Below, one piece after another: positions 24,770 through 32,000 of a DNA stretch of 32,000 nucleotides. The notes under the pieces are model-generated. The model saw only the letters and a list, made by a program, of their open reading frames with translations. It was not told the DNA's origin and made no database searches. Source of the DNA: Haloquadratum walsbyi C23. GTDB lineage: Archaea; Halobacteriota; Halobacteria; Halobacteriales; Haloferacaceae. Both the position numbers and the translations under genes were made by a program. The stretch covers positions 1,920,001 to 1,952,000 of the forward strand of contig NC_017459.1 of NCBI RefSeq assembly GCF_000237865.1, written 5' to 3'. How positions within the stretch are numbered: the first letter of the stretch is position 1; every line of letters begins with the position of its first letter.

Positions 24770-24835
24770 AGCAGGCGCCAAACCTCGCCGTTCAGGGCGG
24801 GGAGGGTGTCAATGCTTGATTCGCTCATGTGAGAC
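24770..24835 (+). repeat. Solo family B RE remnant (hairpin + GTGTCAA) between convergent genes
   Basis: The stem is CCTCGCC (24783-24789) and GGCGGGG (24796-24802), closed by one G-U pair, followed by AGGGTGTCAA (to 24812). It translates KPRRSGRGGCQ, matching the GIPPRERGGxCQ remnants of B1-B3. The downstream ATTCGCTC also occurs after the RE-like end at 31124. Confidence 0.5.
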
Positions 24836-24936
24836 AGGTCGATCGAAGGTATAGTGATATTGACAAAGAAACACAACCTGCGAGATATCAAACATTCGCT
24901 CCGCATTTGCCCGCATCTTTAGTCACAAGAAAATAT

Positions 24937-25887
24937 TCAAATAGAAATGAAGTTCAATCCATAACCGAGCATAGTCCCAGTCGTAACGACAGTGACGGCA
25001 TAAATAGCGAGGAGTTTCCGCTCGAAGAGTTTGTTAAGTAGGATCAGGTTCGGGATGCTGACACCTGCACCACCGACGACAAACGCGATAACTGTCCCAA
25101 TTGGGACGCCTTGGTCAACGAGCGGAGCAGCAATACCGAGCATTCCTGCCATGCTGACGTAAAGCGGTGCGCCTGCGAGTGCGGCTAGTGGAACAGCAAG
25201 TGGATTCCCAGCAACCTGTTGGAGCCACGAAGCAGGTACTGCTCCGTGAATCAGTGCACCGAGGATCATCCCAAGAAGGAGATACGGGAATGCCCCAGTA
25301 AAGAACGACCAAGCGCCTCCAGCAGCGGTTTCAATCCGTTTGCGGTGTGTTTTTGTCGTCTGTGCATTACTTGAGCACGAACATGATGTGGTACCCCCAT
25401 CCGTCGCGACTGTGCGATCGTTCGTCGTAATTTGCACATTTTTTACCAGATGGTCGAGATTGAGGATATCGATAATGACCCCACCAACGATTGCGGCGAT
25501 CAGTGTCGAGATGAGGTATATTGCTGTCACTTCGACGCCGAATAATCCCAATAACAAGAACGCAGCAATTTCATTGACAATAGGCGACGCCAACAGAAAT
25601 GAGAATGACAATCCAAGCGGTGCGCCAGCGCCAAGTAGCCCTGCAAGAACTGGCACAGTCGAACATGAGCAAAACGGCGTCACAGCACCCAAACCTGCTG
25701 CCGCAACATTTCCGCTTCCTCGATTTCGCTTCTGGAGTATCTCTTCGACCGTTTCCGGCGGCAAGTACTCCTCAACAAGTCCAACGAGAAACGATGCTCC
25801 GATGAACAGCGGAACAAGAATTGTCGCCAGATGAACAAAATAATCTCCAGAATCAATCAGTGCCGTCTCGATACCAGAAGGAGTCAT
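24937..25887 (-). CDS. ArsP_1/DUF318-type permease (putative metalloid/organoarsenical efflux permease)
   Basis: It is polytopic, with the conserved TPFCSCSTVPVL motif, a second CSCS in the central loop, and an internal two-fold repeat architecture. I chose ATG 25887 because it overlaps the arsR stop (ATGA). The track start at 25965 adds a basic leader. Confidence 0.85.
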   Translation of the reverse strand: MTPSGIETALIDSGDYFVHLATILVPLFIGASFLVGLVEEYLPPETVEEILQKRNRGSGNVAAAGLGAVTPFCSCSTVPVLAGLLGAGAPLGLSFSFLLASPIVNEIAAFLLLGLFGVEVTAIYLISTLIAAIVGGVIIDILNLDHLVKNVQITTNDRTVATDGGTTSCSCSSNAQTTKTHRKRIETAAGGAWSFFTGAFPYLLLGMILGALIHGAVPASWLQQVAGNPLAVPLAALAGAPLYVSMAGMLGIAAPLVDQGVPIGTVIAFVVGGAGVSIPNLILLNKLFERKLLAIYAVTVVTTGTMLGYGLNFISI

Positions 25888-26264
25888 GCTGTCTTCCCAC
25901 CAAGTGCGTCTGCAATGTCGAGTAATTGGAGGACGGCTGTATCTCCGATGCGATAATATGTCCACTTCCCCTGTCGACGCGTGTTGACGAGATCGGTGTC
26001 TTTGAGTTCACGAAGATGGCTCGCGACAGTTGACTGAGGAGCATCAAGGACGACCTGTATTTCACACGCACACAACTCCCCATCCCTGAGGGCTTCAAGA
26101 ATTTGAATCCGGTACTCGTTTGAGAGCGCTTTGAATACTGCTTGCGTCGTTTGAATCTCTGTGTCGTCAGCCGTCAACTCGGTCAGCGACGTCAGACGAT
26201 CTTCGGGATTATCATAAAGACGATTAAGCGTTTGTCGTGTCGATTCAGGAGTGGATTCAGACAT
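25884..26264 (-). CDS. arsR: ArsR/SmtB-family metalloregulatory transcriptional repressor
   Basis: It has the wHTH FKALSNEYRIQILEALRDGELCACEIQVVLDAPQSTVASHLRELKDTDLV, including the ELCxCE metalloid-binding motif. Confidence 0.85.
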   Translation of the reverse strand: MSESTPESTRQTLNRLYDNPEDRLTSLTELTADDTEIQTTQAVFKALSNEYRIQILEALRDGELCACEIQVVLDAPQSTVASHLRELKDTDLVNTRRQGKWTYYRIGDTAVLQLLDIADALGGKTA

Positions 26265-26270
26265 TGTTAA

Positions 26271-26384
26271 TTATTCTCCGTCGTCCACTTCCTCAATTTC
26301 AACACCACAGCAGGCGCCGTCGTTCGCATCTGAGTTGGTTCCAAATAGTGTATCTGTGATTCTTCCAAGAAGTGAGTTCGTCAT
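26271..26384 (-). CDS. Candidate 37-aa micro-protein with vicinal Cys-Cys, first gene of the arsR-permease operon
   Basis: It falls below the ORF-track size cutoff. Hand translation gives MTNSLLGRITDTLFGTNSDANDGACCGVEIEEVDDGE. It has an ATG start and a TAA stop 6 nt before the arsR ATG. It is acidic like genuine proteins here, with an AT-rich region upstream. Confidence 0.4.
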   Translation of the reverse strand: MTNSLLGRITDTLFGTNSDANDGACCGVEIEEVDDGE

Positions 26385-26611
26385 ACAAATTGATAATATT
26401 CGGTTTGATACTAGTGACTTTCGATGGTAGTAATTATTTTTACTTCATAATATCTTCGAGCTACCCCTTTATCGGTAGTGAATAATAATTATCACAATTG
26501 AGTTGTAACCATTTATCATGTCAGTGCTTTTCATATTGGTGAATCTCGAATTGTCTGTACCTCATTGAGCGTTCAATTATACAGAACCAAGGAGAATACC
26601 TGCGTCTTTAG

Positions 26612-27265
26612 CCCTGTCTCTTACCCACAACTCGAGTCAGGATTTTAGCGGAACGGAATCGGGATCGGCGAGCACGACAGGAAATCGTCGAGGACTTGCT
26701 CGATTCGGCTGAGGACCTCGTCCATGTCGATAACGTCCTGATGGACCGGGAGTTCGATAGCCAGCACCTCTTGGAGATGATTAGCCAGCGCGGGCTCTCG
26801 TATGTCGTTCCGAAGCGGATGCAGACCAGCGAGAGAGCTCAGACCAAGCGGTTGCTCCAGCGTGACCAAGACCGGTATGAAACTGACCGGAAGCTCCACC
26901 TCGACAAGAACGAGTGGCACGAGACGACGCTGATCTACCGACGCAAAGAGAACTCTGAACACGATGATCACCGACAGTACTCGGTGTTCATGTCCAACCG
27001 TGGCGGTGGATTCCTCAGCGAATACGGCTATCGCTGGGAGATTGAGAGCGGCTATCGGTCGATTAAGTGGTTCATGGTCGCGACAAAGTCAACGGATTTC
27101 GGGCTGCGGTTCTTCTACTTCGCGTTCGCCTGTTTGTTGTACTCGATTTGGCGAGCGGTCGATCTGCTCGTCCAAGTCAAGTTGACTGGAGAATACGAAC
27201 GGTCACCGATGGTGACTGCCGATAATACGCTCACGCTGTTGAAGAAGGAGACCGAAATCGGGTAG
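26612..27265 (+). pseudogene. 5'-truncated DDE transposase (ISH3/IS4-like), C-terminal portion only
   Basis: The open frame from 26612 reads ...AERNRDRRARQEIVEDLLDSAEDLVHVDNVLMDREFD...YVVPKR...YGYRWEIESGYRSIKWF...LLYSIWRAVDLL. It contains the second-D and E/Y-R-K regions of a DDE transposase. There is no N-terminal domain or first D. The fragment is visibly more GC-rich than its surroundings. Confidence 0.75.
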
Positions 27266-27855
27266 CACGGTGCTCTACCCGTGATAGAGCGTCGTCCGAG
27301 TGGCAATGCTACCGAAGGTTACAGAAAATCGTCCATATGGTAGGAACTTCAACAAGAATGGTCGTTTAGAGAAGGTTCTGAAGCAGTCTCCACTTATCGA
27401 TTCGGTCGAAACTACACATCACAGACCCGCTAAACCCACTGTAGTCTCAACTACTGGATCAGTACTTTGATATAGCGTTATATGGTTTATACGTCGCAAC
27501 GCGGACGGAGATTTGCCAGGAGATAATATATTATTCACCGGATACGTATGGAAATTTACCATACATCGCCATCAGCAGCACTGAGTACTGGCATTAATAA
27601 TAGTTTAGCACATCTACCAGATCAAATTTCATCTGGAAAAAGCAAGATTACAGGAAGAATTCAGTATACACACCCTGGATAAGAGCAGCAATTTGTAATC
27701 GCGTAGTTGAATAGAACCTGGACAGTGAACCTCGCTGACACAGACAAACTGTTTTAGCAATCGATAGACCTTGGATATTATCTCATGAGTAATTCCGCCA
27801 GTTTATGTGTGGGTGACTTCGGAGATGTGTGATGAGTATTGTTGCTACAGCATAA

Positions 27856-28959
27856 CTACAGTATCGTGTATATGTGCTCTTCATAGGTTTCACGGACTCT
27901 GTCACCCCAGTTGTGAGTATATGTCTCAATAATGTCACCGCCAACATCACCCCGAAGATACTTGACAATACCACGGTCACCAGTTCTATCTCGAAGATGT
28001 GTCGTGAAGAAATGTCGAAAATAGTGTGGGGTGACATTTTCTGTGGCATCGCCCCCATCATTGTGCCATCCAACATCCTTTGCGTGGGTTTCAACTATGT
28101 GATGGACCATATGTGGTGTAAGACGTTTCCCCCACTGTCCTGTGGTGCTGACAAATAGTGGTTGAGCAGGCGACGTTGTCTGTGGGCGAATCGCAAGCCA
28201 GCGTCGTAGCGCCCAATCGAGTTCCTCATCGATTGGAATCGTTGTTGAGCGCTGACGCTTGTTTGAGGCAGTTCGCTCCTCACCAGCGACAACAACTCCG
28301 ACCGCTGGAGCGTCTGAAACATACATCGAAGGTCCTCGTCCCTCAAGATGTGCCCGTAATGGTTGAGAATTACTTGTCGACACCTCATCAAGTGCTTTTC
28401 TATCGGTAAGTACGATATCCCGTAGATCAAGATTACAGAGCTCACCGGCGCGTATCCCAGTTTTGATGAGTGTCATGATTACCGCGTGCTCAAGTGGGTG
28501 ATGTATATCTGCAAGGAATGACCGCATATCTGTTAGTGAAATCTCTCGTCGAGATGGATTTGTATCAATACGCTCATCCATTTCAGCGATGACAAGTGTC
28601 ATTGGATTAGATTCGAATGCACCGATCTGAGACATATATGCATAAAATCGGTGAAGATAGGAGGCATATGTAGCGATGGTGCTATCTGCGGTCTCTGTTT
28701 GCCGGAGTGAGTGGATCCATGCCATACAATCGCGGTGTGTTGCACGTGCGATATTACTAGTGGCAGTCGAATCGATCTCTGTCGGTGATGTTTGATCGGA
28801 TGCATCTTGACTCTCCTCTGTGAGAAACGTCTCAAAGCGGCGAAGAACACGGTTGTATGCATCCCGTGTTTGCGTTGATTTTCCATGATAGGTCATATCT
28901 TGGATGAAGTATCCAACCGGGTCATGAACAACCTCGCCGTCTGCTGTGTTAACACTCAT
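27856..28959 (-). CDS. Tyrosine recombinase / phage-type integrase
   Basis: It has an N-terminal SAM-like domain (GKSTQTRDAYNRVLRRFETFL). The catalytic signature is present: TGIRAGELCNLDLRDI (Arg), TPHYFRHFFTTHL (His-x-x-Arg) and LRGD...IIETYTH (Tyr). Confidence 0.85.
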   Translation of the reverse strand: MSVNTADGEVVHDPVGYFIQDMTYHGKSTQTRDAYNRVLRRFETFLTEESQDASDQTSPTEIDSTATSNIARATHRDCMAWIHSLRQTETADSTIATYASYLHRFYAYMSQIGAFESNPMTLVIAEMDERIDTNPSRREISLTDMRSFLADIHHPLEHAVIMTLIKTGIRAGELCNLDLRDIVLTDRKALDEVSTSNSQPLRAHLEGRGPSMYVSDAPAVGVVVAGEERTASNKRQRSTTIPIDEELDWALRRWLAIRPQTTSPAQPLFVSTTGQWGKRLTPHMVHHIVETHAKDVGWHNDGGDATENVTPHYFRHFFTTHLRDRTGDRGIVKYLRGDVGGDIIETYTHNWGDRVRETYEEHIYTIL

Positions 28960-29444
28960 TAGCTCTCGCCTCCGGAGAGAATTTCAGTATCAGCGTTATC
29001 GATCATATCAGCGTCCTCACGGAGGGTATACCCACCGTGACGACCGCTGTAGGTGATAACACTCGCCTCTTGAAGTTCTGCGAGGGTTTTATCAAGCCGC
29101 TCTTCAATATTTTCTGAAACGATTGCAAGAAGCTCATCCCATTCGTGATACGTGTCCGCTGTGAGAGCGTCAATGACACGTGCTCTCAGAGAATTTGTCT
29201 GTGTGTTCGCCGAATTATTGGTATTTGTGTTCGTCGAATCAGTGTTTTGAGACGCTGTCTCAGTCGTAATAGACGAACGATCTGGGACAGTAAAGTCACG
29301 ACGACCCGCTTGGACCATCGTTCGGACGAACTCACTTTGACTCATATTGAGCGTCTCAGCATGAGTAACCCATTCTTGCTTCTGTGCGGGTGAAACGTAC
29401 GTCATTACGCTGGTGCGGTCGGTATTTGATTCAGTCTCAGACAT
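28959..29444 (-). CDS. Ribbon-helix-helix + C-terminal winged-helix DNA-binding protein coupled to the integrase
   Basis: The RHH-like segment is VMTYVSPAQKQEWVTHAETLNMSQSEFVRTMVQAGR. A low-complexity Thr/Asn linker follows. The C-terminal segment is wHTH-like (RVIDALTADTYHEWDELLAIVSE...ELQEASVITYSGRHGGYTL). Its stop overlaps the integrase start (TAATG). Confidence 0.65.
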   Translation of the reverse strand: MSETESNTDRTSVMTYVSPAQKQEWVTHAETLNMSQSEFVRTMVQAGRRDFTVPDRSSITTETASQNTDSTNTNTNNSANTQTNSLRARVIDALTADTYHEWDELLAIVSENIEERLDKTLAELQEASVITYSGRHGGYTLREDADMIDNADTEILSGGES

Positions 29445-30228
29445 AGTTTATTTCATGATTGGTATGCATTTCAAAGTACTGTCTTTACACATCTAATCTA
29501 TGTTATCTGTGTAACTACAATTTTTAATCACGGTTATTACTTACTTAGTTGTGTAGAGACTGTGCTTTTCGGACATAATGATGTATCTACACAAATAAGT
29601 TGGTGCGTAGATTAGGTTCTTTCTGACATAAGAGTAGATTGCAACGATGCAACATCGCAACAGTTCTCACATCGTTTGAATCCAAACTAGAGGTGTATCG
29701 TGCTCATATGAGCGACGTCGTGACATATCGTTATTTGCCAGCGTCTACTCGATATATGAAACCGAAAGTGAGAGACACAGGTGGGATCCAATCTGACAAC
29801 AAGGGCGATTGCATGTTTCAAGCAGAGCAGTCAATCGTCTGTAAAGTGTGTTAAATGAGTAGGAATCGTAGCGTTAGCGGTTGCTTGATCATCAACTATC
29901 TTGAGTCATTCTGTAGAAGGGTCAACAGAGACGTTTACTCCAGGGGTTGACGTCATTAGAAAGGTGATCTAGTGCACCATGCATAGTTGTCAGTCTGAGC
30001 TTAAATTATATCAGAATTATTTATCATTATTTCAACTAATCATCCAGGATAGCTCTCCAGAACAGGCTTGTGGATTAATTTCAGTCGAGCCGGGAGATTG
30101 ATACTCGTTATCTCGCCACTTGCGTACTTAATTTATGCGCTAATCGCTGCAGTGTAATTACGACCGATATAATATTTTGTTTCATTGATAAAATTGTAAT
30201 TTGCGGAGGTCAGTACGGTCGGTTTAAT

Positions 30229-31146
30229 ATGAGCAATGACAGGGGCGACGACCGATTCATACGACTCCAACTGGGAAAGATCAGCTGGTTCAAGATTCGC
30301 GCAGACCGCGACGTCCCACCAGCAGGCGATATTAACAAGATATCCTCAAAAGGAACCAATAGGCAGATCGTGCGTCTCACTCGTGACCATCGTGGAAGAC
30401 ACGCCCGAGAAGTCGCCACTCGGTGAGAGTGACTTTGAGGACTGCATGAGTGTTGACCTCGACATTACGAGCTACATTCACACGTCTGAAAATCTGTCCG
30501 TTGACGTGGTTTAATCGGTTAGGACGAGGACGCCGAATCAACACCCTCAGAATCGGTTCGCGATTCTGGTGTACGAATGAGAGTTTTGTTCTCGTTGCAG
30601 ACTGCACTCTCTCCGTTCACGTCTTGTCGAGAGGTTGTGGATACAAACCGGATTCGTGAGAGCATCTCATAGGCTGTCAGACGCCGTCTAACAGGGTCGT
30701 TCGGGGTGAGTTCATACTGCGAACATTGTGCGGTAATGTTGCGGAATATAGAAACATATCTCAGTCCATATATACGGCTACTCAAGCCTGCCGTTGAACA
30801 AGCCGAAATAGGACTTGGGTACTCGCAGTGGTCCTCACAAATTAGCGAATACTGGGAAGACTGACGATCTCATATACATCGATACGGCTATTGAAAGAGA
30901 ATGTGTCCAGGTGGTCACACTATCGGCAGGGACCGTACAAAACGGTTTGAATCGAGCAAGAGACCAATTGTGAAAGCACCGGTCTTGATAGATGAGTGTT
31001 GTAATCAGTAGAGAAAGTATCTAAACACCAATAACTTGCAGGGTGCAGTGTTGATCACATCAGCAGTTTGATCATTCGATGCGAGTGTTCGGGTAATCTG
31101 CCCCACAGTGGACAAGAATGTCAAAAAGGCATTCGCTCGTATCTCT
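30229..31146 (+). pseudogene. Decayed IS1341-type tnpB (family B lineage) with multiple frameshifts and stops, plus a putative RE
   Basis: Successive plus-strand frames give DRFIRLQLGKISWFKIRADRDVPPAGDINKISSKG, then VSLVTIVEDTPEKSPLGESDFEDCMSVDLDITSYIHTSENLSVD (RuvC-I-like), then NRLGRGRRINTLRIGSRFW, then EYWED.RSHIHRYGY.KRMCPGGHTIGRDRTKRFES (zinc-finger region). The end translates LPHSGQECQ at ...GAATGTCAA (31116-31124), like the family B RE. Confidence 0.55.
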
Positions 31147-32000
31147 TCCGTGGTACTGCGACATCAATCCCAGATGCAATAACTTACCCCAAATAGCAAA
31201 GCGTGAGTTTTCCAGCGTTGATCGACTTATCTGGAGTGAGTAGTGAACGGCTCAGTGTTTGGACCGGTATCACCGCATCAATTCACGAATCACATGTTTA
31301 TATCAACGTCATATGCTGATTGAGATAAAATGGATCCCCCAAATTAGATGTATGGAGTGAGACCGACGAAAATATCGAATTAACGGTTTGTCGATAATCA
31401 TAGATTGAAAAGACCGATTTCATTTTCTGTGTTGTATGGAACATATATATCGTATGTCGCTATATCAAATTATCAGGATGAGATCATACAGCTCCAAAGG
31501 GTACTGTCCATATACGTGCACTCTGTTTCATTATCTTCAACAAAACCGATCGGACGCTTCCAGTTGTCCCTGACATTTGTTTTTATATCACTCAGGAATT
31601 TCGAGGTAACTCGACTCTGAGACCTAAATCAACGATTCAAGCACTGTTACTGTGATTTCCGTTCCACGATATCTTTCATCAGTGTCTCACTCAGGTACTC
31701 ATTTGTCGCGGAAACAAACGGTATTCCCGCATATCCGAGTTGAACCATGTTCAGAATTCTGAGCTATTCGTGATGACACATCAAGTGGCGAGTGATAGGT
31801 CACAGAGGTGATGTCAAATGTAGGCGTGAACACTTTCCCCGACCATCGGACCCGAACCACGTATCTGTAAAATATGAACGCGGATTGGAGGCTATTTTCC
31901 ATCCGGAGATTGTGTGTCTGTCAAACTGTTTTGAAGAACGCATTGTTCTTTTTAGCTCAAGCCCTCGATTGCAGTAGTGGTCTGTCAAATTATGATTAGC

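Noticed and set aside
27783-28094. 103-aa ORF overlapping the 3' end of the integrase gene in another frame.
   Set aside because: It overlaps a confident integrase CDS over most of its length, has a hydrophobic/basic composition and shows no recognisable motif.
1-32000. Search for tRNA, rRNA and CRISPR arrays (T-loop GGTTCRAATCC-like motifs, regularly spaced direct repeats).
   Set aside because: I saw no T-loop/acceptor combination and no array of regularly spaced 25-40 bp repeats. Visual scanning is not exhaustive, so tRNAscan-SE and a CRISPR finder should confirm.
31800-32000. Minus-strand frame open to the right edge (track ORF 31800-31988) as a partial gene continuing beyond the window.
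   Set aside because: The product (…HYCNRGLELKRTMRSSKQFDRHTISGWK…) is basic and Cys/Arg-rich, unlike genuine proteins here. No motif was recognised.

Overview
About 32 kb of what looks like a moderate-GC haloarchaeal chromosome. Predicted proteins are strongly acidic, promoters are AT-rich and look leaderless, and the gene families are haloarchaeal. Composition and gene content remind me of Haloquadratum, but that is inference only.

Left third: housekeeping genes. These are a partial CYTH protein, a long FKBP-type PPIase, a MinD/ParA ATPase, a YlbF-like protein, a membrane protein, Dph2, an MBL hydrolase and a HisG-like protein.

Centre (11.1-24.7 kb): a phosphate/phosphonate block. It has two divergent PhoU-domain regulators, a leftward phnD-phnC-phnE-hexapeptide acyltransferase operon, and a rightward, translationally coupled phnG-H-I-J-K-L-M plus xylose-isomerase-like TIM-barrel operon. 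That is a complete C-P lyase core with no phnF/N/O/P in the window.

Right third: a 37-codon Cys-Cys micro-ORF leading an ArsR + ArsP-type permease operon, a GC-rich truncated DDE transposase, a tyrosine integrase + RHH/wHTH pair, and a gene-poor AT-rich tract holding a decayed tnpB.

The least obvious signal is in the intergenic gaps of the left half. Most of the larger ones (not 2000-2416 or 7081-7337) are filled by two families of structured repeats: A with 3 copies, B with 3 copies plus 1 solo end. I interpret them as internally deleted IS1341-type (TnpB-only IS200/IS605) elements. They keep only the LE hairpin, the last 300-400 nt of tnpB (now pseudogenised) and the RE. That is the segment that encodes the omega/reRNA scaffold in characterised TnpB systems.

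I found no rRNA, tRNA or CRISPR array by eye. All homology calls are from reading translations, no search was run, and repeat boundaries are approximate.
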